Shown here in pieces: positions 1 to 12,139 of a stretch of 64,000 nucleotides of DNA. The notes under the pieces were generated by a model that saw nothing but the letters and a program-made list of their open reading frames with translations, was not told the DNA's origin and made no database searches. Source of the DNA: Selaginella moellendorffii (taxonomy: Eukaryota; Plantae; Lycopodiophyta); NCBI RefSeq assembly GCF_000143415.4, contig NW_003314386.1, positions 104,852-168,851 on the forward strand. The letters run 5' to 3'. The position numbers and the translations under genes are program-made. Within the stretch, counting starts at the first letter, position 1. Every line of letters begins with the position of its first letter.

Positions 1-2496
1 TCGGATTTGTCGCTGGTCAGCCATGATGACGTTAAATGGGGCTGGCTCGCATTGTCCCGTGCCTAGAGATTTGAAAGTGTTGTATTCCATGATATTTACT
101 CCTGAGCCACCGTCGAGTATAGCTTCCACGGGTTTGTTTTTGCCGACAATAATATTGATGCATGGTGAATCTCCGTCATAGTCTCCAGGTTGTACCTCGG
201 CTTGGAGTGCTTCGACTGTTGGCCGATCTTTCCGAGCGTTCGGCTGAGTCTGAGTAGCATTTAAGATTTGTTTGGTCAAGTATGGTGCAAGCTGAAGTAT
301 TTGTTGAAGTGTCAACGTAACTCCTTGCTGCAAAATCTGATTCACTATTTCAGTGTGTTCATCTTGTGTGAAAGGCTCGTAGCCTTGCGGTAATTCCTGG
401 TCATTGATGTTGTTGATTTCGGGAGCCATGTTCCTGAGCTCCTCGGTAATCTCCTGAGTTTTTCGTTTCGCTTTCTTCCACTCCGAAGAGGAAATTTCCT
501 CTACCTCCGGGTCGTTGTTATCTTCTGGCTCCGGTTCGGGTTGCCGAGCTCGCGCTCGGGTTATTGCCCGGGCTGTTGGCTGTTGTTCGTAATTCTCCTT
601 TGTTCCGGTTTCTTGTGGTTCGGTGATTTCCACTGACCGACTTGTTGGTTGTTGAGGTCTATTTGGTGGACCTTGTGCTTGTTCTCGACCTTGATATTGT
701 ATCCTTTGTCCTAGAGGCTGTGGACGATTTGAATTCGCATTTCTCATATCTTGGTAGTTTTGCGGCTGTGGTTGTTGCATTCTCTCGTATTGAAGGTAAG
801 TCGGAGCCTGGTCGTACGGTTGGCCTTGGTAACCTCGGTTAGTGTATTGCTGGCTGGATTGGCCATAAGGGCCATATGGTCGACGATAGTCATCTCTCCT
901 CCGGTCATTTCGAGGTGGTCCTCGGTAGTTCCATGTGTTCCTCTCGTTTGGATACTGGGGCCGATCGTTCAGATGTGGGGGCCGATTGTTCAGATACGGA
1001 GGCTGATTGTCTCTTCGATTGAAATTGGATACTTGCTGCACCTCAGTGTACATTCTCTGTCGGCAAATCTGAGCTGTGTGTCCTTCTCGGTCACATATTT
1101 GACATCGTGGTACCTGGAATTTGCATTCGCTGGATGCGTGCCCTTCATTTTTGCATTTGGCACAAAATACTCCGGGTTTGAGTTCCGAATACTTCGTTTT
1201 GGTTTCCTTGTTTTTGCCTTTGAGCAATTTCTTGAGTATATTTGGGATAGAGTCGTCATTTGAGTCGTGACTCTTGTCTCTTTTTCTTTCCATATCTTCG
1301 TCTTCATCATTGTTGTTCATTTCGGAGAGATTTGGGTTGAATGCCTTCATCTGCCTATCAACGGCTATGGCAAACTCGCACATTTCTTGAACTCCAAACT
1401 TTGAAGTGGTTGTCTCATCATCAAGTGCCATTGCCGGTATGAGTGATGCAAAGTATTGTCGGTACCTTTTGAGCATTCCCCGAAAGTACCAGTTTCTTCG
1501 TCCTCTATCGGTTAAGAGTTCCGTGCATTTGGCTGCATGGTCGTTGAATCTTCGTGTGTATTCTTGGATGTCTTCATCTGGATCCTGTCTGATGTTTTTG
1601 AGGATCTCGAGGTGTTCTTCGGGTGTTCTCTGTGACTGATATCGAAGCTTGAAAGCTTTTATAATATCATCGTATTGCTTGTCTTTGTCTAAGGTGTAAT
1701 ACCAGTCGAGTGCTCTGTCTTTCAGTGTGTACTGAAAAAGTGTTTCTCGATAGGCTTCTTGGCCATTGATGGTAATGGCTTTGTTGTATTGTTGGAGGTG
1801 TCGATCTGGATCTTCACCTTTGGCACCTTGAAAAATCGGGTAAGAGACCGTTCGCCCATAGGCTGTTGAAGGGATGGCTTGCATCTTGATGGACTGCGGT
1901 AAGTCAAACGTGAGCTCGACGTAAGCCCCGTTGGTTTTACGCTCTCCCTGGCTAAATTGTTTTTCAACTTCGGAATTGTTTTCCGGTTGTTGTTTTTGTG
2001 GATCTTCGGACTCAATGTCCTGCCTTGTATGTGTAATAGGTGTTGTCTGTGTTGATGTTCCAGCAGACTCTGCTGTTGATGCTTCCTGGGCTTCGGGTTG
2101 CGGGTGGTCAGACTCGTCTTCCGACTTGTGTTCTTCTTTTGCTTTGAATATTGTTGTATGTGTCAAGATTGGTGTCTCTTGAACAGTAGTCAGTTTTGTG
2201 AGTGGGCTGCTGATAAAGGGAAATTGATATCCTCTTGAGGATGATGCTTCGAATGGATTTAGTCCAGGAAACTCTGGACTCGGTGTCCGTCTATCGGGAC
2301 TAAATTCTCGGATCTTGGGTATCGTATTTGAAGTCTGAGTCTGGCTGTCTTGTTGTCCGATCTTAGTGAATATTCGTTCGAGAATGTTTTCGCGTTGCTG
2401 TTGGAGTTGTGATTTTCTGGCAGATCTATCTTCTGCTCTTTTGTCTCTCTCTGCTGCTTTAATCGGGTCACCTTTGGCGAATGGTATTGAACTCAT
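1..2496 (-). mobile_element. Ty3/gypsy LTR-retrotransposon gag-protease polyprotein, open frame running off the window's left edge
   Basis: Manual translation from ATG 2496 (MSSIPFAKGDP...) shows no stop down to the window edge. It contains a gag-like segment (YPIFQGAKGEDPDRHL...LKDRALDWYY, ~1690-1845), two CCHC zinc knuckles (CAKCKNEGHASSEC, CQICDREGHTAQIC, ~1060-1165) and an aspartic protease motif (VEAILDGGSGVNIM, ~90-129). The ORF track misses it because no stop lies inside the window. Confidence 0.9.
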
Positions 2497-3382
2497 TCGG
2501 CTGCATGCTTCGGTTTCGGGTTGCTAAATCAAAGGTATTGTATCTGTATCGTTGATTGGTGTAGATCAGTACAAGTTTGTGGGGATCTACCACCATAATC
2601 ACATCGTAAAGAGCTTTCTCAAGCTGTTCGAATGGCAAATTTGGAGGTACTAACCAGCTCAGATCGTTTTCTGGTGTACAGACCAATCCTATCCTCTTGA
2701 CAACATTGATTCGTTTTAGTCGAGAATAGAGATCTTGTGGTCTTGGTATAGGGGGACGTTGTGATGGTATAGGACGAACAATGATCGTCTGAGTGTCCCA
2801 ATCAATGTTGATATTCGCTAAAGGAGAGCTAATGACCTCCTGAGTAATCAAAAGTCAGAGAGGGCTGCCGATATCTTGATATTCAATTGCGCATCTCGTG
2901 CGCTTCGGAAGTGGTTCCCGAGGGTCCTTCCATGCATTCAATCCTCGGTTCCACCTCAGGTTTGTTCCTGTAATTCTATGAGTTTTGGAGTCAATCCAAC
3001 GGGCTGAGGCCCATACTCTTGTGTTAATGCTGTGTGGTAGCAGTCTTTGCTCTGAGCCTCCTCGGGCGGCAACAAACGTCGGATTTCGCTCTTTGCTGAA
3101 GAAAACCCAGAAAAAGCACAAGTATGAAGGTGGTAAATGCCCGTATACGTATATCACCGGGTCATAAAAGTACCACCAAGCTTTCTGAGCCAAGATTGTG
3201 AATTCTCTGTCTAAGTAGATGTTTTCAATCCAGCCGAGCTCAACTAGCAATCGGCAAGTGTAAAGGCTTGTTTTGTCTTGGCTTCCTATGTATTCTTGTG
3301 TATGGATCACTAATCCTTGTTCCACGACGGTCACTCCTCTGCTGGGAAGAGTATCAACTACAAATGAACAAATAATAGACAT
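2468..3382 (-). other. Extra reading frame upstream of gag (two same-frame ORFs split by one TGA), unknown product
   Basis: ORFs 2855-3382 and 2468-2851 share a frame and are separated only by TGA at 2855-2857. The 3' end overlaps the gag ATG by 29 nt. Confidence 0.45.
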
Positions 3383-3399
3383 TTGCTTACATGAACACC

Positions 3400-5090
3400 G
3401 ACTTTGATCACATTTTTACACCTTTTTTGTCACCAACTTGAGCAACATCATCTTATCCCCAGCATGAGACTTATTGACCACTACAGTCAGCTTCAGAATA
3501 ACACTTCATCCAAAACCTTCTCGCATCCAAATCAATGCGTAACAAATCTTACTAAAAACCTTCACCTTCAATGACTTCAAAGCCCACAAGAGTGTTTTCT
3601 GATGGAAAACATTACAACATGTGTTTGGGAATTACGCAAGCAGCATGGTGTCATGGAACTAGCATATACAAACTCATTCTTCAGAATATTCTTAAAAAAT
3701 ATTCTGGCATCCTATGGAAGCTTCTCCAACAAGACTCCCTGAACAGTCTCAATCCTCTCCAAAGCTTCCAAGCAGTCCTCGTACATCTCCAAAAGCTGCA
3801 CGATACGAGCTTCAACATCTTAAAATGGATTAGTCTGCTGGAAGGTACTCTTTCAAAAAGTTGGCATCTCTAATTCCGGTGGCATGATTGGCTCAACTCC
3901 ATAAACCAATTGATAAAGAGTGAAACCTTTTGTCAATTTGAATATGTGCGGAATGCAAAAAGAGCTGGGCTAAGCATCCATGTCCAATCACCTTCCCTTG
4001 TTGAAGAATTTGATTCTATGTGCTGGCAACTCAAAGCCCATGCCTTTGCATCCCTCCAACGTCCTGGCCAACAATAACCCGTAGTGAGAATTTTCCAAGC
4101 TGTGCCTGCTGTTGCAAAGTGTCATCCACAAATGCCATTGTGAAACAACTACAGTAGTCGTGTTCGATCCTCGTCTTCCACTACTCTTTTCAGGACACCA
4201 TCTTTCCACCGGAAGAACAAGAGTCCATCTAGAAATGTGTAGTTCCTAGCCAACTTTGCTAAATGCTGCTTTAGCTCCACAACAGTTTCCCTTTCTGGAA
4301 CATCGCTTGTGGTCAGAAATGTCACCACTCCTCCTGCAAGTTCCTCATCCAAACTAATGTGTTCCACCCTACTGAAACCCTCTTCCTTAACCAGCTCCAG
4401 TATCACCACCTTTGTTACTTAGTTCCCCTGTTGAAGTCCCTTCTTTGACAAAGTTTTCACTGCCTCCAAATCTCCCCGCTCAACATGCTGGATCTGAAAA
4501 AGCTCAAATTTTGCCATTAATTCAAGGACTTTCTCATGTAATCGTACCAGATTCGGTTTAAGAATACGAAACAGACCTCGCACTTGTCATCAGTTAACCG
4601 AATCATTCTATGGCATTTTTCTAAAGTCAAAGACAACCACTGTGCCACCTCATGGCCCATCATGTTAATAGCAGTACCACTATCCACTAAACAACCAGTC
4701 AGCCAATAACCATGCACTATGACATCTACCACAGGAGCTTGCTCATCTACATCCGATGCCACATCAACTACACTAACCGCTAACTTCCTTGGTGTTAGTC
4801 ATGTGTTTACCCCTGCCTGAACCTCCACCCGAAGCTTGGGATACATTGCTGACAGTTGTGGAATTGAAATATCTGCTTTGACTTTACGCAGATCCACAAC
4901 CATGGAATATGGTTCAGCACCTTGACCAATTGCCATATCCTTCAAACTAATCTGCCTCTTAGAAGCTCTTTGTAACTCACTATGCAGAGTGAGGAGTGTG
5001 GCCTTTCCTCCACCCGTGGCTCTTCTTCCATTACCAAGGCATGACTTACAAATCTTTCTTTGGAAGACACTAAAAAAGTTAGTCAAACTA
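3400..5090 (-). mobile_element. Degenerate Ty3/gypsy pol remnant (protease, integrase zinc-binding region), with stops and deletions
   Basis: LVDSGTAINMM protease motif in ORF 4517-4762, YTFLDGLLFFR in ORF 4149-4409, and FHNGICG*HF...KILTTGYCWP integrase zinc-binding-like segment at ~4060-4145. Confidence 0.75.
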
Positions 5091-5600
5091 GAGCAAATTA
5101 CCTTCTTGAGTGCGTGACTAGCAATTGGATGAGGCCAAGGCTTGCAGGAGAAAGATTAACTTACCGTCATGGAATAGGGGAGAGAATGATAGAATGAAGC
5201 TTCAAGAGTGGTTCAACCATAGCTTCATAGTTTTTATTACTATGCCTTCTTAGAGTTTACTAGATGCTATTTTTTTGCTGAAAGGAATTAGGTACTATTG
5301 TATATGTCATACTCATACCTATTCATGACCTTTTGGTCTGAATTTCATTTCTTGATCCATTAATTTATATTGTATTAATAGTGAACAACTTCTTTCAGTG
5401 CAAGGGATGGCTACATGTGTAAATATGATGAGCACATAGAAGTTATGTAAAACTTTTGATTACTATTTTTTAGCCATCAGCACAAAATGACTTATGCTCA
5501 TTAAACTTATCTTTTAGCAATATTCAAAAATTAAGTGCCAAAAAAATCCTACTATGCATTTCTCTTGTGCTTGATTAGTAGAGCTTAGATATCATGCTTA
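5087..5600. repeat. AT-rich dispersed repeat, copy 1 (probable non-autonomous TE remnant)
   Basis: Colinear diverged blocks shared with ~11030-11418, e.g. agagtttactagat..., gaatttcatttc..., tttctcttgtgct.gattagtagagct.agatatcat. Confidence 0.75.
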
Positions 5601-6539
5601 AGCAAGAAATATAAACACTATGGAGCCTTATTAATAGCTACTTTTACAAAATTAATTATGCAAAGGGGTTGATTTCCAAGTAATGCCATGTTCCAACTCC
5701 ACAGTAACTTTTCATGATAACAATATTTTACATATTTATTGTCAACCAAAAAAAGAGGTTGTTTATTCCCAATCAAGATAGTTTGATCAAGCTATAAATA
5801 TATTGCAATATTACAGCTTGGCAACTTACATGTTATGGTCATGTTGATGTTGATGAATGGTTCCATAAATCAATTTTCAAAATAAATACAACAATCAACT
5901 TAAATGCAAAGAAATAAATTTAATATTATTTAATAAAATTATTAGTGAGTAAGCAGCTTTCTAATGCTCAGTGGAGAAGGATTTGACAAGCAAGAAATAC
6001 ATATTGTTATTTATTGAGTCTTCTAATTCCTTACATATACTCTTGCAAAAATTGATATTTGGTTTTTTTGTACTTAAAAGTTTACATACAAAAAAGGAAT
6101 TTGTTATATTTGCAAATATAGTGAATATTCTTAATGCCACCATATTGAAATCCTGGAGAAGACGATGCTCCTCGATTGTTCAAAGATCCAAAGGAAATCC
6201 AATGTAACGAATTGCTCTAGTGCAAGCAATGGATCCCACAACCTATGGCATAAGCTATTGTGGTCCCAAGCAATGGCAGTTTAATTTAAGTTGACACTAG
6301 ATTAATGTAGAGGATATTGGGATCTTGAATATTGAAAAGAACGATCAAAACTTTGTAAGTAAAATTTGATAATTTTACACTATTCTATCAGATAGGACAC
6401 TACTTAAGAACTTCCAAAAGCTTCTCCCAAGGATCTCGTTAAACAAGAGCTCAAAATGGTATAAAATTTCTTTGTATCATCTCAGTCAAACATATGTTGT
6501 GTGGCACCACAGGAAATGTCCATGCATGAGCTTTGTTTT

Positions 6540-6797
6540 TCATTGTCTGAAGTAAGTGGTCTCACTTCCCACAATCACGCGTTTTGGACCCCGAAAAGCA
6601 TGGAAGTTTCCTTCGCAGCAGCTGCTCAGGATGGCGCTGGGATTTTGCAGCAAGTTTTGGAGCTTGCTCTTGTCAACCGAGAAGACCTTTGGATCGACCT
6701 GTAGAATCTCAACTTTCTTGAGCTGCTTGTAGTCGCAGTAATTCACCCGCCACTCTGGGACGAGCTGATTCTCAAGCTGCTTCTGGAGGTTCACCAT
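6540..6797 (-). pseudogene. PHO1-like SPX-domain N-terminal fragment
   Basis: MVNLQKQLENQLVPEWRVNYCDYKQLKK resembles the SPX N-terminus of the PHO1 family (MVKFSKQFEGQLVPEWK..DY.QLKK). No EXS domain or continuing exons were recognised. Confidence 0.7.
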
Positions 6798-8378
6798 GCC
6801 TGAAAGCTTGGTTACTTGAGGCGAGCATCGTCAAGAAAACGATCAACCAAGAGATGAAATACCTGGTGGAAATGGTGTCAAGTTGACAATGCCCCTTCAA
6901 AGTTTTGTGTCGCCCGTGCTCTGGAAGCAGGTGAAGAAGAACAGCGGCAGTGAGCATATGACGAGACAAATGGTGGCGTGGAATCATAAAAAATTGCATG
7001 GTGCTGGGGAGGAGCACCAGTACCGGTTCTCACAAGAAAACAGCGTCTTAAGATCATCTCTGGAGAAAAGCGGGAAAGCCTTCATTTCTCGCCGCGGCCA
7101 ACGAACAATTACATACGTTTTCCCGAGTGAAACTGACGCGGCGGAGTGCAAGAGGAGAGAAGAAGCAAGCAATCCATGTCCATTGGCCTCTGGAGCAACA
7201 AAAAGGAGACAGGGATTGTCAGGAAATCTACATGAAAAGAGGCTGTCATAAGTTACACAGTTATACACTGTCAACACGAGTAACTTATGCGAGCGAAAGG
7301 GAAATGAAAGAATCACTTGAGCATGGAAGGAAGTGAGGCACGTACTCTTTCTGGAAGTGGAACGTTTTGTTTCGTCGGAGTCCCGATTTCTGGCGCAAGA
7401 AAACTGAAAGAATCACAAGCTCAGAACCACGAGAGCAAAGACCAAACAAACCAAGCTTACTCTTGAAAGGGGACGAAGAGGAGAAGAATAACGAAAGGAG
7501 CCAAGCTTGGATTCGAGAGAGCTTGTCCGAGTTCTCGAGGTGAGAGCCCTTTGCTCACTCAAAAGTTTGGAGCCTTCCCTCTGGAGTTTGCAATGGAGGT
7601 GGTGGTCGCATTTTATATTCTGGGTGGCCGACTAGAGAAAGACAAGACATGGAAGAATAATGGTGTGCTAATTGCCCGCCCATCATCAAAGAGGGGTATA
7701 AGGGTGAGACTTTGCTTTGAATCACTGGATATGCAGCTCGGGATATGCTGAGAGAAGTCCCACATACCATGGAGAATGAAAGAAGACAAAAGAAATGCAT
7801 TTTAGCTTATACTTTTCAGATTATACCTTGCCAGATTCTGCACGATTCTTCGCTAAGAAAGCCAAAACTTCACTCGAGATCCACTCGAGGTATAGAAACT
7901 CTGAAAAGGAATTTGTGTGGAGTGATGGAGCTCTTGAATGTTCTCTGCAGATTGCTATGAAGGAGCTGCGTGAACGAAAGATCGGCAATACCGAATATGC
8001 TCCAGTATGAACGCTATGGAGAGACAGATCCGCTTAATAAGTCTTTAATAATCCACTCCAAACGGTAGAGTCTCTTGCGACAAGACGAGGGTATGTTTAT
8101 GGTGGTTGCTGTAGAACAGGGTGACATCAGGATCAAACCAGACCAAACGCGAGAGAAGGTTCTCACTCACCTGATTTGCAAAGCGCGTGTCCCAAGAACG
8201 CGAGCTCTCTCATACTTACTTTGTTGGAATTCCCCACAGCCGCCAGCCTCCTCGTTGTTTTCTTGCTCCTTCCTGGAAGAGCAATCCAATGCTGCTTGTA
8301 ATGGAGCGGAACAATCGTACGCTCATCGTAGCTGCATATACAGAGACGATGGAAAATCTGGCGACGTAGCCATAAACC

Positions 8379-10733
8379 CTAGCTACAAAACCTCCTCAAA
8401 ATCTTGGCCAGCAGTGAATATGCCATGGAAGTTTGAGGTTCGATTTCCATGACGCGCTGCGCCACGCGCGCGCCTCTCTCCATGTCGCAAGCAACCGTAC
8501 AGCTCCCCAGGAGCGTACGGTACTCGACGATCCCCGGCTCGAATCCCATCCCCTTGTCCACGAATTCCTCTGCCTCCTCGAGCCGCCCGGATCGCCCAAG
8601 AACATCCACGATCGAGCAGTGGTGATCGGGCGTGATCTTGACGCCGAATTCGAGCACGATCGATGCGCAAGCGTCCCAGATGCCGCATTCTCGATCGCCA
8701 CCACCGCCGTGACTGCACAGGAAGAGCATGTTGGTGAATGTGACATCGTTGGGTCTCACTCCCTCGAGGATCATGGCGCGGTAGAGCTCGAAGCCGGAGC
8801 TCCAATCGCCATGCTTGGCCATGGCAGCGATCATCGCGTTCCAGGAGACGAGATTCCTGGAGCCTCCCAGGTCGTCAAACGCGCGCTTGGCATCGATCAA
8901 GCTCCCGCATTTGCTGTACATGTCGAGCAGCGCAGTGCCCACCACGACATCGGATTGAAATCCGCAGGCTAGAACATCGCAGTGGACGGATCTTCCTCTG
9001 GAGAGAAGACCCAATCGAGCAATCGATCCAAGAACGCTGGCGAAAGTCACCTCGTCGGGCTTCGATCCATCCAAATCCATCTGGCAAAAGTAATCCACGG
9101 CCTCCATGCTCGTGTGTTCTTGCTGCGAGAAAGCCGTGATCATCGCTGTCCAGGCCACCACATCTCTTGATCTCATCCCAGAGAAAACTGCCATCGCGTC
9201 GGCCACACAGCCGAATTTGCAGTACATGATCACCAAGCTCGTTGCGAGCTCCATCTCCGTCTCTAGAACGATCCCAGCAGCGATGATCTGCTCGAAAATC
9301 CTCCTTCCGTGCAAGATATCCTTGCAAATCGTCACCAAGCTCACGAAAGTGATCTTGTCAGCCTTCAATCCTTCCAAGCTCATCCTGTTGTAGATCCGTA
9401 AAACCTCGTCACTGCTACTGCCATCTCGATCTCCTTGACTCGCCCAAGCCGCGATCATCGAATTCCAGGAAGAGACCGTTCGTCTCCCTTCCATGCTCTC
9501 GAAGATGGCCATCGCTTCCTCGATGCTCCCACACTTGGCGTACATGAGCAGTAGACCGTTCTCCACTGCCACCTCTCTCGCAAATTCCGAGCTGCGAATC
9601 CTCTCGTGGATCCATCTTCCCTGCTCGAGATCGCACAGGGTCGAGCAGGCATCGATCAGCGCGATGAAAGTGATCCTATTCGGCTCCACATCCATTCTCT
9701 CCCGGAAGAGCTCCAGAGCCTGCGAGCTCATCCCGGCCAAGATATAAGCCGCGATGATCGAGTTCCATGAGATCACGTCCCTGTTCTTAGCCTCCAATCC
9801 ATCGAACAAGCGCTTGGCATCGCCCACGCAGTAGCACTTGCCATACATCCCGATCAGACTGTTGGCCACCAGGAGGTCCGATTCCAATCCCAGCTCCACG
9901 GCTCTGGCATGGATTTCCCGTCCTCGATCGAGATCCCCCAAGCTAGCGCACGCTTTCGCTGCCAGAATGAGCGTGATCTTGTCAGGCACGGGATGCTCGA
10001 CGTAGAGCTCCAGCGCGCTCGCAAAATCCCCACACTGGGCAAATGCTGCAATCATTGCGTTCCAAGAGATTGGATTCTTGTTCTTGATCCGGCGAAACAC
10101 GCATCTAGCCCCGTCGATTCGACCGCATTTGCTGTACATGGTGACGAGATTGTTGGCGACGATCACGTCGGATTCGGCGCCTTGCTCGAGCACGCAGTCG
10201 TGGATCGCCTTGCCCGCTTGGAAACACTGCAGCTCCGAGCAAATCCCAGCGATGGATGCGAAGGCGACGCAATCCGGCCTCACGCCCTCGAGAACCATGG
10301 CGTGATAGATCTGGATCGCCTGCCTGTGATGCCCACAATCGGCAAACGCCCCGAGCATGATCGTCCAGGAGAAGACGTTCTTGCGATGGATCTGATCGAA
10401 GGCCTCTTTGGCATCGGCGATGGAGCCACATTTGCCGTACATCCGGACCAGGAGATTTCCCAGGAACGTCTTGCCGCTCTTGCCACTGGCGAGGATGTGA
10501 GCGTGGATGTATCGCCCCTGCGAGAGCGATTTGGATCTCTCGCATTCGCGGAGGAGCGTGGCATAGACATCGTTGTCGACGTCGAGATCTTTGTGGCCTA
10601 GCCTGGCCAAGACGCTCGGATCGATCGATTGCGGGAGCAGCCCACTCCACGTTTTTGGTAGCGTAGCTCTGGAGATCATGCATTCTTTCACCTTGGGTTT
10701 AGGGTTTAGTTGGCCACAAATGGCTGTACACAA
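8379..10733 (-). CDS. PLS-class pentatricopeptide repeat protein with E-type C-terminus (intronless)
   Basis: 784-aa ORF with repeated N.L..MY.KCG...A...F and SWNAMIAA motifs. It ends in an HHCSIVDVLGRSGRLEEAEEF E-like domain. Confidence 0.93.
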   Translation of the reverse strand: MCTAICGQLNPKPKVKECMISRATLPKTWSGLLPQSIDPSVLARLGHKDLDVDNDVYATLLRECERSKSLSQGRYIHAHILASGKSGKTFLGNLLVRMYGKCGSIADAKEAFDQIHRKNVFSWTIMLGAFADCGHHRQAIQIYHAMVLEGVRPDCVAFASIAGICSELQCFQAGKAIHDCVLEQGAESDVIVANNLVTMYSKCGRIDGARCVFRRIKNKNPISWNAMIAAFAQCGDFASALELYVEHPVPDKITLILAAKACASLGDLDRGREIHARAVELGLESDLLVANSLIGMYGKCYCVGDAKRLFDGLEAKNRDVISWNSIIAAYILAGMSSQALELFRERMDVEPNRITFIALIDACSTLCDLEQGRWIHERIRSSEFAREVAVENGLLLMYAKCGSIEEAMAIFESMEGRRTVSSWNSMIAAWASQGDRDGSSSDEVLRIYNRMSLEGLKADKITFVSLVTICKDILHGRRIFEQIIAAGIVLETEMELATSLVIMYCKFGCVADAMAVFSGMRSRDVVAWTAMITAFSQQEHTSMEAVDYFCQMDLDGSKPDEVTFASVLGSIARLGLLSRGRSVHCDVLACGFQSDVVVGTALLDMYSKCGSLIDAKRAFDDLGGSRNLVSWNAMIAAMAKHGDWSSGFELYRAMILEGVRPNDVTFTNMLFLCSHGGGGDRECGIWDACASIVLEFGVKITPDHHCSIVDVLGRSGRLEEAEEFVDKGMGFEPGIVEYRTLLGSCTVACDMERGARVAQRVMEIEPQTSMAYSLLAKILRRFCS

Positions 10734-11029
10734 TCAACAAACATTGCTTTGCACCACCATTGCTTGTGCCATAGGTTGCTGGATCCTTTACTTGCACTGC
10801 TTATACTAGATTTCCATGGATCTTTGAACGATCTAGGAGCACTGCAAGGCATGGCCAAGGATTCCCTCGCTCAAAGATTTCACTATGGTGAGTGGTAGTA
10901 GGAATTTGCAAATATGGTAAATTCCAGGCTACAAAAGTATGTATCCACTAGTTTTTTATTTAGTAAATAATGCTATTAAATAATCTCTCAACTTTCTAAT
11001 CCATAGAGTCATGAGAAATTTTGAGTTTA

Positions 11030-11418
11030 ACTAGAGTGATTACCTTTGTGAGTGTGTGGGCTTTGTTTGACCACAATTTGATGCCTCTTTGCCTTTTGAG
11101 AGTTTACTAGATACTTAGTTTTTCGCTGAAAGAAATTGGGGGTGCTATTGTAATATCATACTCCTCACCTTGAGCTTGTTTTGGTATGAATTTCATTTCC
11201 TAATCCATTAATGGAGCATTGCCCTCCTTCACCGCAAGTAGAAACTTGGAATGTGTAAAATATCATATGCTAAGCTGTAGTTTTGATTAACTATTTGTTT
11301 AATTATTGCTAAAAAAGAAGTTTAATGAGCATAAGTCATTTGTGCTGATAAATTAATGCAATCCTACCATGAATTTCTCTTGTGCTGGATTAGTAGAGCT
11401 CAGATATCATAGTTAAAC
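11030..11418. repeat. AT-rich dispersed repeat, copy 2
   Basis: Homologous to 5087-5600, with an internal ~47 bp segment in the opposite orientation. Confidence 0.75.
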
Positions 11419-12139
11419 ATAACAATGCATTATATGAAACAATTTGTGCAATTGAATATAAGGAATAATGTAACAATTATTCTATTTTTTATTATAAAGA
11501 GTAAATTTTTCTTAGTGATGGTTAGAAGATGGAGCGGGAGCTGGAGCAGAAGCAGGGCATGACTTGCAAAGTTTCCATGGGAATAAGCCCCTTCTACAGA
11601 AAAACTTGCAAAAGTTATAGATACCAGAACCTTTAACACTTTCCTCCTCTTCACCAGACATTGACCTGCATACATTTGTTATTGCCAAAAGAAAAAAAAA
11701 CATAGAAAGAACTGTTACCCTATATTATCATCTTCATATATATGATGCTGTGATGCGACTGAAGTCTTATATTCATCTCTGGCAACACCACTTTTGACAT
11801 AATGCTTAATATCATATTCATCCTCTTTAAAATCTGAATAGAAATAAGTTTTGATTACCACTGATAAATTTCTATTAATTTACCTTCTGCCAAAGCTACT
11901 AATCCTGCAGACAAGACCACAAGAGAAATGCAGAGCACAGCAAGGCTTGAACTAGCCATGGATTATCAAACACCAATCACTCACACTCTCATTAATCTTC
12001 CCTTCCAATATATACAGCCTAAAAATGGAAACGACAATGCAAAGCATAGACGACGCAAAGCATAGACAAACACTAAAAACAGACGTGACGATTTGTGCAG
12101 AGACAACTCCTCTCCTCGAGCGTAAAGGTTCGTGATTCA

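Noticed and set aside
751-2182. + strand ORFs over the retrotransposon gag
   Set aside because: Antisense shadows of the open gag frame.
8383-10683. Many 60-230 aa alternative-frame and antisense ORFs over the PPR genes (also 37635-40171 and 46990-49531)
   Set aside because: Shadow ORFs expected in GC-rich coding DNA, with no recognisable motifs.
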